This document shows, piece by piece, positions 14,333-26,514 of a stretch of DNA of 64,000 nucleotides. The position numbers and the translations under genes are program-made. The DNA comes from the human T2T-CHM13v2.0 reference genome, Homo sapiens. The notes below the pieces were generated by a model. That model was not told where the DNA came from. It saw only the letters and a program-made list of their open reading frames with translations, and searched no databases. Positions within the stretch are counted from its first letter, which is position 1. Every line of letters begins with the position of its first letter. Location of the stretch: NCBI RefSeq assembly GCF_009914755.1, contig NC_060928.1; one strand, 5' to 3'.

Positions 14333-14485
14333 CAATGGTCCCCACTTATTATAACTCAACTTATGATGTTTCAACTTTACAATGGGCTTATCCATGCATT
14401 AAATGCATTTTTGACTTATGGTATTTTTTGATTTATGATGGGTTTTGTGGGACATAGTCCCATTGTAAGTTGAGGAGCATCTGTA
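14333..14485 (-). mobile_element. Tigger-family MITE (MER47/Tigger5-like)
   Basis: Ends 'cattgtaagttgaggagcatctgta', the reverse complement of TIR 'cagatgctcctcaacttac' plus TA. Internal 'aaatgcatttttgacttatg'. Confidence 0.75.
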
Positions 14486-14704
14486 GAGTGAAAAACGTTT
14501 GAATTTTTGAGTAAGTCAGAATTATAGAATTAGTAATTCTATATTATTATGTGAATTCTGTTAATTATTATATGAATTCCATCAATTATAGAATTATTAA
14601 TTCAAGGATTCTATTATACTATTATTAAAATTATAGTACCTCAAATATAAGACTTTCTCAGCATTTTAAAAAGTAGTTTTATTATACATATATACGTATA
14701 ATGA

Positions 14705-15700
14705 TTCTAGTAAGGCACACACTTGCACTAAGTGTGTGCACACAGAGGTCAGCTTCCTTTCACGGTGGTGCTGATTTTTAAGAGAAAGCCACAGCACAGC
14801 ACGTATGATATGATACTGGCAGTTTTCGTTTCTGTGATGAGTGAGGATGAATTAATCCCTGTGCATGTCAGGTTTGGCTAACCACCATAAAAATTTCCCT
14901 TCACCAAATGTAAATATGTATCTTGCCAAGTACTTTCCACTTACTTTTTAAGCTTCATGTTTTTATTGGAAATTTAACCCATGCGTGTTGAGTTATTTAC
15001 TGAACTCAGAATACTATTGGGCAAATGCCAGTTCATAGCCAAAAAATTCCCTCCCCACAAAAGAACCCACCATAAATAGCCACATTTTTTTCTTCTTTCC
15101 TTTCATTTTCCTAACCACAATTTTGGATATTAATTAGTATCAGAACTAAAAGAAGCCTAGTTTGGTCCTGAAGTTACATAAAAGCTATATAGGCTACACC
15201 AATCAGTAGCCACTGGACATAAAACCTAAACAAACCCCACTGAAATAAGCAATCTAACATCACTCAGAACATAGTTTAACACAAGTAAATTCTTCATTGA
15301 CCTGTTTTAAGATTCTTCTTTCTTCACAAAAGCAGGAGTCAGGTATTATTGTTCCCATTATACAGCTGAGGACGCTGACTTAAATCATCAACCTGCTTAT
15401 CTTGGTCATATGATTTTAATTTTTGAAAAGAGAGTTGAGAATGAGAGTTAAACATAGCTGAATATTAAACCTGGACAATAATTATGTTTGAGCTAAGAAA
15501 AGAGGCATTTCTACAACACCTTTAGTGGGAGAGTAAATTTTAGTGCTCAAAGGGAATCAGCCGTAGCAAGTGGCATCTGTAGCATTTCTCAGTGGGATGA
15601 GATAGAAAATCTCACACAGGTATTGTATCTCAGGCCTTAGAGATTCCATACCTAGTTGTAGTGGTGGCTCTTTTTAGAGCCAAGTTATATAACAGGCTTT
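14705..15700 (+). repeat. Copy B of an ancient ~1-kb direct duplication (partner 3710-4710)
   Basis: For example 'gagaatgagagttaaacatagctga' vs 'gagaataagagttaaacatatctga', and 'ttctacaacacctttagtgggagagtaaattttagtgctcaaag' vs 'ttctataacacctttggtgagagtaaatttttgtgcccaaag'. Confidence 0.75.
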
Positions 15701-16089
15701 CTTGTTTGTGAATATACAGTCCATCCTTGACTCTCTTGCCCATCCTTGGCCACTGGCCCAGCAGAGGCCTAGACCCAGAATATTGTGGAAAACTGGATTT
15801 CTTGCCAGATTAGGTTTGACTTCCCTCACAGTTCACTTGTCCACACCTATGACTTCTCCCACATCTATCCCTAATTGATATGTTCAGCCTTGATTTTTCA
15901 TTTGTCTTCTAGTCTTAATTCAACAATTTGATTGATTTTAACACATCCCTTTGCTTGGATACTTGCTAGCAATGTTCTCACATACAATCAATGTTAATAC
16001 TGAAAATTTTGAAAAGAGAGCTGGGATTTTAGGGTTTCTTTCCCCAGATTTTGATTCTTTCCCTATGTTTCTTTCTTCTACCAACAGCA

Positions 16090-16500
16090 TCACCATTATT
16101 AGGACTTTAGATTCATCCTTGACTTCTGCTTCTCTACATACCCTATCTCTCACTAAGGTGCAGTTTGCTTCAAATGTTGTCTCTTACCTCCTTCCTGGGG
16201 TTATTACAGATAACTCTAATCCAGGCTCTCATCACGTTGTTTTTGCAGAACTTTAATGGTTTCCTTGTTTCTCTATCTTCAGTCATCTCCTGTCTAGTCC
16301 ATCCTACACACTGACTAATCTCCCTAGAGTGCTTACAAACCAATAATAATTTCTCATCACTACTGGATGAGAGCCAAGTGTTACATTCTGGCATTCAAAA
16401 CTCTTTTCAATATGGTTCTACCCCAGTAATCCACCCTTACTTTCAATAACCTGTCACACACACCTTGCACCCACGTGAGGCCACCCTCTGCACCTCCAGG
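16090..16500 (+). mobile_element. L2 fragment
   Basis: L2-like 'ctaatccaggctctcatcacg...gtccatcctacacactgactaatc...cattctggcattcaaaactctt'. Confidence 0.55.
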
Positions 16501-17189
16501 AGTACACCGGACTCTTTCCCACCACTGTTCTGTCATACTTACCTTATGGGCCACATATCGCTCAGTCATTGGGCTAAAGGAGCTAGACAAAGACCAGCAC
16601 ACAGAGTAATAAATAATTTGGGTGACAGATCCCAAAATCTATGTAGTACTACTGCTAGAAGGAAGACTAATCAACAAGTAGAATAGAGTTTGGGCACCTA
16701 TGGCAACAGAAAATTTGGGGTTGTCTGGGCAAGAAGTTCCTTTCAGAAAAAGCCAAGCTTTAAGAGTGGGAATAGGCTGGCATATGAATGACAAACAGAG
16801 ATGAAGGATCCAATACAACCATTATGAGGAACTTAAGGATACACACAGACAGGACTTGGGATATCTACTAACAAGTGGTAGCAGAGTCCAAGCAATCAGG
16901 CGAAATTCAAGAGCAGGACTTTCACCCCCAGGAAGGAGGAGGAGGTGCAAGGGGAAATTCCTGTCATAGAAGAGCTGGGTTACCACACAATTTATTAAGG
17001 GCACAATTAAGTCACAAAGAGTAAGACACACAGGGATATAGTTACAGGATTAGTTCCCTAGCACAAGGCAGAAGCCTAATCATCAAAACTTGGACTCTGG
17101 ATCAGAGCCAACCAGCATTAAGTGACCCAGTCTCATACCCCAAAAAACACAGGGCTAAGAATATGTGCTCCACAGCCTGAGAGGGAATC

Positions 17190-17335
17190 TACCATAGTAA
17201 ATGCCTTTGAACTTGAATTTCATTCTCCTGCCACTAGCTGTATGATCAGACACAAGTCCCATAACTTTTGTGAGCCTTACTTTCCTCAAAGTCAGGAGAA
17301 AAATAAATATTTTACAGATTTGTTGCAAAAATATA
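17190..17335 (+). mobile_element. MIR
   Basis: 'ctgccactagctgtatgatcagacacaagtcccataacttttgtgagccttactttcctc' MIR core. Confidence 0.65.
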
Positions 17336-17439
17336 AAAGTGCCGGCTATGGAGACTGCCATTTATTAATAGACTCCCTGTCCCCTACCAGAGCTTTTGAA
17401 ATCTTTCTTGCCCAATAACTGGATTGACTCTAGTGACTT

Positions 17440-18976
17440 TGTGTCCAGAATTGGTGGGTTCTTGGTCTCACTGACTTCAAGAATGAAGCCGCGGACTCTC
17501 GCGGTGAGTGTTACAGCTCTTAAGTTGGCACGTCTGGAGTCTGTCCCTTCTGATGTTCAGATGTGTTCGGAGTTTTTTCCTTCTGGTGGGTTCGTGGTCT
17601 CGCTGGCTCAGGAGTGAAGCTGCAGACCTTTGCGGTGAGTGTTACAGCTCTTAAGGCAGCGCGTCTGGAGTTATTCATTCCTCCCGCTGGGCTCGTGGTC
17701 TCAAGAGTGAAGCTGCAGATCTTCGCGGTGAGTGTTACAGCTCATAAAAGCAGCGTGGACCCAAAGAGTGAGCAGTAGCAAGATTTATTGCAAAGTGCAA
17801 AAGAACAAAGCTTCCACACTGTGGAAGGGGACCCTAGCGGGTTGCCAATGCTGGCTAGGGCAGCCTGCTTTTATTCTCTTATCTGGCCCCACCCACAACC
17901 TGCTGATTGGTAGAGCCGAGTGGCCTGTTTTGTCAGGGCGCTGATTGGTGCATTTACAATCCCTGAGCTAGATACAAAGGTTCTCCACGTCCCCATCAGA
18001 TTAGTTAGATACAGAGTTTCCACACACAGGTTCTCCAAGGCCCCACCAGAGCAGCTAGATACAGAGTGTCGATTGGTGCATTCACAAACCTTGAGCTAAA
18101 CACAGGGTGCTGACTGGTGTGTTTACAAACCTTGAGCTAGATACAGAATGCCGATTGGTGTATTTACAATACTTGAGCTAGACATAAAGGTTCTCCACGT
18201 CCTCACCAGAGCAGCTAGATACAGAGTGTCGATTGGTGCACTCACAAACCTTGAGCTAAACACAGGGTGCTGATTGGTGTATTTACAATCCCTGAGCTAG
18301 ATAATAAAGACTCTCCACGTCCCCACCAGACTCAGGAGCCCAGCTGGCTTCACCTAGAGGATCCCGCACCGGGGCTGCAGGTGGAGCTGCCTGCCAGTCC
18401 GGCGCCGTGCGCTCGCATTCCTCAGCCCTTGGGTGGTCGATGGGACTGGGCGCCGTGGAGCAGGGGGTGGTGCTCGTCAGGGAGGCTCAGGCTGCACAGG
18501 AGCCCATGGAGGGGGTGGGAGGCTCAGGCATGGCGGGCTGCAGGTCCCAAGGCCTGCCCCGTGGGAAGGCAGCTAAGGCCCGGGGAGAAATCGAGCGCAG
18601 CGCCGGTGGGCCAGCGCTGCTGGGGGACTCAGTACACCCTCCTCAGCCACTGGCCTGGGTGCTAAGTCCCCCATTGCCCGAGGCCGCAGGGCTGGCCAGC
18701 TGCTCCGAGTGCGGGGCCTGCCAACCCCACGCCCACCCGGAACTCCAGCTGGCCCGCAAGCGCGGCACGCAGCCCCGGTTCCCGCTCACGCCTCTCCCTC
18801 CACACCTCCCTGCAAGCTGAGGGAGTGGGCTCCGGCCTTGGACAGCCCAGAAAGGGGCTCCCACAGTGCAGGGGACTGAAGGGCTCCTCAAATGCCACCA
18901 AAGTGGGAGCCCAGGCAGGGGAGGTGCCGAGAGCAAGCGAGGGCTCTGAGGACTGCCAGCATGCTGTCACCTCTCA
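17440..18976 (-). mobile_element. Solo LTR12C (HERV9/ERV9 LTR), full length
   Basis: Minus strand runs 'tgagaggtgacagcatgctggcagtcctc'...'aattctggacaca' (TG..CA). Perfect 4-bp TSD 'actt' at 17436-17439 and 18977-18980. GC-rich U3, CCAAT-containing tandem repeats and U5 repeats. Confidence 0.97.
17860..18330 (-). promoter_or_regulatory. LTR12C promoter/enhancer: CCAAT (NF-Y) tandem array and AATAAA TATA-like box
   Basis: Repeated 'gattgg' units at ~17905, 17943, 18071, 18153, 18231 and 18272; AATAAA on the minus strand at 17870-17875. This matches known ERV9 LTR architecture, but activity here is not shown. Confidence 0.7.
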
Positions 18977-20157
18977 ACTTGAGGAGACACTAGCCTTGTG
19001 GGTGGGATCCAGCCATTCTCCTGATGGCAGGGAAGAGCTTCAGAGGCTAGAAATCAGACATGTCTGGATCATAATCCTACCTTGTCTGTGGAGCATCAAC
19101 TCTGCCCTATAGAAATTTCTGCATTATGTAGGCCTTCTTTGAACGTATATCATGGTGAGTAGTGCTTGACCTTGTACAGTGTTAGCAATCCCACTTTTGA
19201 CATCTCTAAAGCAACCCTGTAGGTTTATGGCATTGCCACTTATAATTTTGCAAAGACATAACTTCCACTCAGGAGTTCTGCAAGCCTGGTTCCAGGTAGT
19301 AGGTTACTAGCCAAGTGAGTGAACCCAGCAAATAGGACCTCATATATAGTCCAACATAGTTTTGTTGTTATCAAGTTGCCGTTGCATGAATATTTTATGA
19401 GGGAATTATATGCTACTGTAGAATTTGTGGATTGGGAATTTTCTAAGATCTTTGGGTGAATTCCTTGAAAACGTCAATGGCTTATGATGTCATAACTTAT
19501 TGATTTTCTAGTTGCAACTTGCTTCTTGGCCAGATTTGCCCATCTAAATTTCAAGCTTCTCTAGGAATGAGCCAAGTCACATCTTTCCCTTTGTTCCCCA
19601 CAATTTAGCCCAAAGTTGCCCTCAAAGCAAGCATTTAACCTGCAGTTGCTGATTGATTGAATTACTGTATCTTGTTGTCATTTTATTTACTTTTTAGAAT
19701 TCTAGATAATCATTTTCTCTAATTGTTCAGTTGCATCAAAAATAAAATATGACAGTTTCCCTAGCATAGTAAAAAGTGCAGTAAAACACAAAAGAGTTGG
19801 GTCTAGCATTAATTTTTTGACAAGAAAAACATGACAAACCATTTGCAGGGAAACTTCGGCTATACCTTATCCTCATCACCAGTTGGCTTATGAATAATCA
19901 GGGTAATTTATATTACCTTGTTCTGTTTACTATATATATGTGTATTCCAGTGGATTTTCCACTTGTCCCAATGATTTCCTGAAACGGAAAAACATTCAAC
20001 TTCATTTACAAGGTAATGATTATCAGTGCCCAATCAAATCTCCCTGCTTCCAGATTTTTTAAAAAATGTTATTTATTTTGAGAAATGATGCCAGGACTTT
20101 AAGACTAATCATAGGTACAAATATACCTGTGTATTTCATGTGAAATACTCCTGCCAT

Positions 20158-20184
20158 GACACACACACACACACACACACACAC
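20158..20184. repeat. (AC)n microsatellite
   Basis: Read directly; about 13 units. Confidence 0.95.
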
Positions 20185-20329
20185 TTAGCCCATTTGTTGA
20201 AAAGTGCCTGTAACCTTTTTATGTATAGGACTCCCTTGTCCAACTTATTGTTTTATCCTATGTAGTGCCCTTGAATTGAATTCTGCTTTTCAATAACACT
20301 GGCCCGCACACATAGCGCATTCTTACATC

Positions 20330-21000
20330 ATTTCTGATGCCATTGCTCTAGTTGAAATCTTTATTGTTTATCACCTGTACTGATGCGATATACTCCAGAG
20401 GTGATTTTGGATCGGCCTCTTTCGCTTTCCAATCGTTCTGTGCATTTTGCTTTCTGGCTTGCAGCTCCATGGCACCTCTCATCTCCTTAGCACAAAACAA
20501 AAACACCCCTAGAATATGGCTCTGACCTTCCTGTCCAGACTTGCCTTCTACTATTTTCCCTTACCCTCCACAGTCTCTCCTGCTTAGCTATCTCTTGAAT
20601 AGTGGCTATGCTTTCCTACTGCCATAGCGTTGTTTTGCCAGTACTGCTTAGCATCTTCTCCCTTCCTGTGGAAAGAAAGAATTTTGTCACCTACAAAAGT
20701 CTTTGTATGCTGTAAGGCCGGGTCTCAAGGTAATTTACTTTGTAAACCCCTTTCCTGAGCCAATGACCTAAAATCTCACCCTCAGCTCTAAGTCAGAATC
20801 ATATACTACCATCTTGTTTATCAAGTACTTACTATTGGCTGCCTTATTTTCTAGTTGTTTACACATGCAACTTTTTACTAGATTGCATGCACTTTGTGGG
20901 CAAGGCCTATCCCTGGCCTAACTTTGTATTTCCGTACTGTTTATGACAATGTCTTGCCAATGATATGTGCTCAGTAAATATTTGTTCACTGGTTGGATAT
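20330..21000 (+). mobile_element. L2 fragment with 3' end
   Basis: 'actagattgcatgcactttgtgggcaaggc...atgtgctcagtaaatatttgtt' L2 tail. Confidence 0.6.
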
Positions 21001-22234
21001 CCTTTCATTATCTATACTATATTTTCAGCACAATGACAGGGTAGCAACAGAGGCATCTATTGCAGGAGGCCATACAAATTGTACCTCAGAAATTCATATA
21101 ACCAGGAATTATAGTCTGAGCAATTACTTTAATAAGTTAGAATCTCTCTGTAATTATAGGTTACAGATGGTGACATAAAAACACTAGGAGGTCAGGAAGT
21201 TTCTTCCGCACTCAGCATACTTGAACTAAAAAGAGTGGACATTTCATAATTCTGAGCACCTTGGTCTATTGCTTGGTCTGTGCCTCGTGTTATTCTCAAG
21301 AAAGGAGACTGGATCTCAACCATCACTCATCCACACTTGTGTTATCTTTAAGCACTGTAGAGGAAAAAACTCTTTTGGAGTTTGAAGAATAAAGTTGGAT
21401 ACATTGCATAGTATATGCGGTTTTTAAGCTAACTTAAAGGGAAAGCTTCCTGAATGAAAATAAATATTAGTTTAATGATGGCTGCTATTAATAATGACAT
21501 ATATACCCATATATAGTATAGTGTAGTAAAAACTTTTCATCTGTTTTCTGGAAATCTTGATTTTCAACTCTTTCTAATGTATTTTTCTTTTGGGGGCCCA
21601 CTCAGACCTTACAATATGTCTTCTAGAGGCACAGAGTGAAAAGCCTTGTTAGTCTGCTGATGTGCCTTCAGACCTTCTCCGGACTATTCCTTGACCAGAA
21701 CCATCCCTTTTCTAGCTGGCTTTTCTGGTAGAGTCTATCCACACTCCTAGAACTGTCTACTGTTTGCTTGGCAAGGTCTACCTAGATCCTTCCTTGGCCT
21801 GCATCCTCCTGGGAGCTGTGGGGTCACCATGAGCCTTGTTACTTCTTTCTTTTCCCACCCTTCCCCAGCACACACCCACACATGCCATCATTCCACCGAC
21901 TGGACTAATTTTATCAGAAACTAGACTTGTAAATTAACAGAGACATATATGATTTCACTTACAATTTGAAAAAAAAAGAACTTGATTAATAAGTGTCAGC
22001 ATCACCATTCAGAGTATCTATAACTATCACAGCATAAAGTAGCTGGAAAAGAAGCACATATATAGAATCCAGTGGTTTTCAGATTCCAATTTATAAAATG
22101 GATAAAAGTGAACCTGGTTTAGTTAAAGAAGGGAGGGAAAGAGGACGCTGCCTCTTAGGCCTCATCCTGGTGGTGGCATGTGTGGCATGCCATCTGCACA
22201 TAAGCCTATGAACCCCTAATCTGAGTTACATGAA

Positions 22235-22375
22235 ACACTTTGCCTATGTGGAAACTGAGCCTGGAATGGTTAAGCGACTTGCTCACAGTCACATACCCAG
22301 TTTGTGGCAGAGCTGATTCTCAATCTCAAGTTACTAAGCACAGTTTCCTTTTTCTGGGCTTTTCCCACAGCACCA
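22235..22375 (-). mobile_element. MIR
   Basis: 'gaaactgagcctggaatggttaagcgacttgctcacagtcacatacccagtttgtggcagagctg' MIR core. Confidence 0.75.
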
Positions 22376-24559
22376 AATAACTGCTAGATAAAGCACTCTT
22401 TCCTGCTCATTGCGCTGGTCCAGTTTATCTCTGTGCCCAAGAGCAGTTTAGAAGAACTAGCATTTTCCATGCAAAAATCTTTGTTGAAGGAGATTCATGA
22501 TTAACTGAAATCACCCAAAGTACCACAAACAATGCAACAAACCATGAAGGACAGCACAGCGTGTGTTTTTATCTGACCCATTTGTTCCAGGATGGGCTCT
22601 CTAGTTGAACAGCCTAACAGCCCTGCAACCAACCTGTCTCATAAGCCCTGCACAGAACAACCCAGCAGAATTCCTAAGCCTGCTCACATAAACAACCAGA
22701 GAAGTTAATCATAGGCATGAGAGACTTTTGGTGGTGGCCAATTAGAGCAGACCCCCCACAGAGCTTCATCATAGGGTAGCCACGTCAATGTCAATACCCT
22801 CCTCCGTGCAACAATCCTTGTGATTAATGTAATTACCATAATTACTGACCTCTCTTCTGAGAGTCTTGGCCACATGGAAGAGTTGAATGTTTTCCCTGAA
22901 TGCGTTGTCTCCATACAATGTATGCCCTTAATTATAGAACATGATGTCATAAGTTCTGATTAGGGGGTTGCCCTAGAGGAGCTGAGGATTGGCCCCAAAG
23001 GCATAAGGGGGCCAGTTCAACTCATAGCCCACCCTAGTCCTCCCGGTCACATGCAGGTAGCCAGTTACTTGGTAATTAACAAAACAAGCTTGTGGTTGTT
23101 GCTGTCGTCCATTTTACTCCTATGTCTTTTGGGGCCTTCTTGGGAAATAAAGGCTTCCTTTTTCCTCATGTACCTCATAATTATTGTGCCCCAGAACTGC
23201 ACATAATTATTATTATTTTTCCATTCAGGAGTTAATGCTTCAGCCAAACAGGTCTGGATGGAAACCCAGTTTGCGTTCAGAGGAAAATAGTTGACTATTC
23301 TCAGACTAGACCACTTGAGGGCGGCATTGCCTTAGGAGAGTGTGTTTTGACCAACTAATACATAACCTAAGGAGGAAATATGCAGCGTGGGTGTCACAGG
23401 CACATCACTGTAGTTCAGGGAATAAAACCACAAAAAATGAGAACATACTTCCAGGGAGTCAACTCACATTTAGGAATGAAGGAATAAATGTCTAATTTTA
23501 AATGTGGTTGCAAAGTTTTTTTTTTACATAACAGAATTGCTTGAGGCAGGCGCGCTGTAAACCATTTATATGGGGAGGGATTTATTCTGTGAAATGAAGT
23601 GCTATTGAAAAAAAAGATAATGTCCAGTGCAGTATAGGAACAAAAAAGGCAAACTAAAATATATTGCACAATGAAGACTGGGGACAAAATCATGAGTATG
23701 TTTGCAGGTCTTCATAACCCTCTCGGATGCACATAGTTCTTCACCATGGACATGTCCCCATTATAACCTCTTTTAATTTGGCAGGGAGCTGCTCCTTTGC
23801 CTTTCCTTCATATTTTGGGGGTCAATCCAGATGAATGAGAGAAAATAAAAGAGGGGGAAGAGAAGAGAAGGAGGATGGTATGCCCCTCTGTACTTGGAGA
23901 ATCACTAGCGGTGGTCTCAGTCACAGGGAGACAGACTGGTTCCGCTCATCTCTGATCCTGCCCCAGTAAATTACTTGCAGATATCTTTTTGGTAGTTTTC
24001 ACAGGATGCTAATAAACTGATCAGCCTAGTATGCTAGAGATATTTAAGTTCTCTTTCCAAATATCACTGCATACATACCTAAATAACAGACCAATCATTG
24101 ATTTCCAGAAACCTGTCTGGAAGGCATTCTACATTCTTTCCTTTGCTTCTTTTTATGGGCCACAGAAAGAACACGATAGTTCTTGAATACATTTCCCAGA
24201 TTGTCCAAAGAGGTCAAACTCTTAATGTTAAGCACAGTTCTTTTGAGACTGTGGTTGTGGGGGAGAAATTAAAGAAAGATCTGGAAGCTAATGGAAGCTT
24301 AGTGCAACCTCAGCTGGAACGTCAGTGACTCTTGAAAATTCTTTCTTCCCTCCCAAGTCAATATCCTATCAAATTGCTTTCTGTATTTTTTTGCAAATCT
24401 CCAAACAGAAACTCATGGAACACAGAGGTAATCTTGGCTACTTTGCAGAGATGGCCAAGGAGATTAGGTGTGAACTTCTCCGGTTTTCTTCCCTTCATTG
24501 TTAACTTTGCCTTTATTCATCCCTTTCAGTCTTTTCCAGGATCTTGTTCCATCAAACAT

Positions 24560-26215
24560 CTCCCTACCTCCACCCTTTTCTTTTCAACCTTTTCCTCTGT
24601 ACTTAATGGGGAAAGTTCTTTACCTCATTTCTCTTTCCAGCATCTATTCTCTCTGCCTCCATTCACACTAGATTCCTTGAAACAGGTCTACACCAGACAC
24701 CCCCATGCTCTGGCCTTCCTTTACTATTTCCCTTGCATTATTTTCTCCGGAAACTACCCTTTAAACCCCACCCATGAGCTACTCATCTCCAGGTGGCTCA
24801 ATGGTTTCTTCTCAGCTCTTCCTCTTAGTGCATTACATTCCTATTACCATGATGGCAGCATTGATCTAAAATCCCCTGACCTCTCTCCCTTTGAAATACT
24901 TTCTTCATCAGAATTCAATAACAAGCATACTCACTCGCTGAACATTTCTCCTTAGTCTCTGTTGGCCCCACTTCTACTTCCTCCTTGATATAAGAATTTT
25001 TCAGTACTCAGCCCCTTTATCTGCTGTGTTCTTTACTGAGCTCATAGAATCCTACAACTTTAACTACCACCTCTTTGCTCATAACTCCTCAGTAATATTT
25101 CTAACAATCTCTCTCCCAAGCTACGTGCCTGCCCTTCCAACAGGATATTTGTCATTTCCACATCTATGTCCTATATCATAGGCAAACATTTCCAAAACAG
25201 AACTCATCTTTCCTGCACAGCCTCCCCATATCCTGGTCCCAAACTGAGTTCCCCTCCTTACCTTTCCTCAACTCTCAAGTCAAAATTTCAACTATCCTTG
25301 ACTTCCCCTTTGTCATTTGTAAGTTGACTGGACATGGGGAGCAGAGGATTATGAAATGTCTTTTCAGAATCCCCCTTCTACATGCGTTGAGAGTACTCTA
25401 TTTCCAGCCTTCATTTCATCACCTAGACTTCTGAAAAGATCACCAAACTGGTGTCTCTGTCATGAATCCCCTCTTCCTCATTCCAGCCCAACCAATATTT
25501 GGCCATTAGCTATTTTCCAAAACAGTCCTTTCCATACAAAAGAAACTGGTAACATTAGTTGCTTCCAAAATAGGTGACTGGGAGACGCAGATGTAAGAGA
25601 GGGAAAATTTACATTACGTACCATCTTGTTCCTTTAAAATGCTGTGCCTTATAAATACATTAGCTATTTAGAATAATAATGTTTAGTTTAAACATTAGAT
25701 ATTATCTGTTTAATTAAAAAAATCCTCTTCAGTTATTCTTCTGCTCAAAATCCTACACACATTGCCTTTGGAACAAAATCAAACTTCATCATATCGTTCA
25801 AAGCCCCTAAAATGACCCTTCTACTTTTCCCTTTACTCTGCTTTCAGTCTGCCCTCTGACACACTCCACAGGCCAGACACAGGCCAGCACTCTGGATTCT
25901 CAGGCTTCCAAACCTTTGTTTAAACCATTCCCTCTGCCAGTGGTGTCTTTCTTCATCCCAAATTGAAGTCCTACCTTCCTTCCAGCTTCACCTCAGATGG
26001 CACCAATTCCAAAGTACTTTTCCAGATCCCAGCATTTAGAACTACTCCTTCCCTTCTGTAAGTTTCCTGGCCTAAGCACTTGATGAGTCTATCAAAGTCA
26101 GCCTGGTTTTGTAGTTATTTATGCACATGACTGTTCTTATCTTTGTATATTTTGCACTGCTTGGTTCAATGCATTTCACATGATGGATACTTGGGAAGTG
26201 TTTCTGAATGTCATT
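24560..26215 (+). mobile_element. Long degraded L2, with a probable old L1M 3' piece at ~25575-25700
   Basis: Pyrimidine-rich L2 body ('ctttaactaccacctctttgctcataactc', 'ttccaaaacagaactcatctttcc') ending 'tacttgggaagtgtttctgaatg'. Confidence 0.6.
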
Positions 26216-26344
26216 GGTCCTCAAGACACTGAGAAATCCAAAATTAGAACTGTTTGGATATGAGACCCACTGGCATCTTTTTGTCATTTACTATTGTTTG
26301 TCATTGACATTAAGAAGTACAAAGCTCAATGGGTTCCCTTTAGG

Positions 26345-26514
26345 TCAATGCTTCTCCTAGTGTGGTCCTAGACCTGGAGCACTTGCTAATGTGAAGATTC
26401 CCAGGCTCCAAGAAACCTACTGGTTCAGAGTCTCTGGGGTAGGATATGGCAATCTGTAGATTAAATACGTATCCCAAGTGCTCCTTACGTACACCGAAGC
26501 TTCAGAGCCACTGC
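26345..26514. mobile_element. MER5A-family hAT MITE
   Basis: 'cttctcctagtgtggtcctagacc...cctactggttcagagtctctggggtagg...cttcagagccactg' followed by ctctag. Confidence 0.75.

Noticed and set aside
15421-16020. 14-bp match ttttgaaaagagag at ~15421 and ~16007
   Set aside because: Too short and low in complexity, with no extension on either side.
17480-18330. Regularly spaced repeats superficially like a CRISPR or other novel array
   Set aside because: These are the intrinsic U5 and U3 tandem repeats of LTR12. The units are contiguous without unique spacers, and the DNA is eukaryotic.
18267-19112. Overlapping GC-rich ORFs and a CpG-island-like region
   Set aside because: They lie almost entirely within the LTR12C U3. 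These are well-known spurious LTR12 ORFs, not a host gene promoter.
24332-24955. 207-aa ORF, the longest non-L1 ORF
   Set aside because: It has a non-ATG start and S/F/L/P-rich composition caused by pyrimidine-rich decayed L2 sequence, with no recognisable domain.
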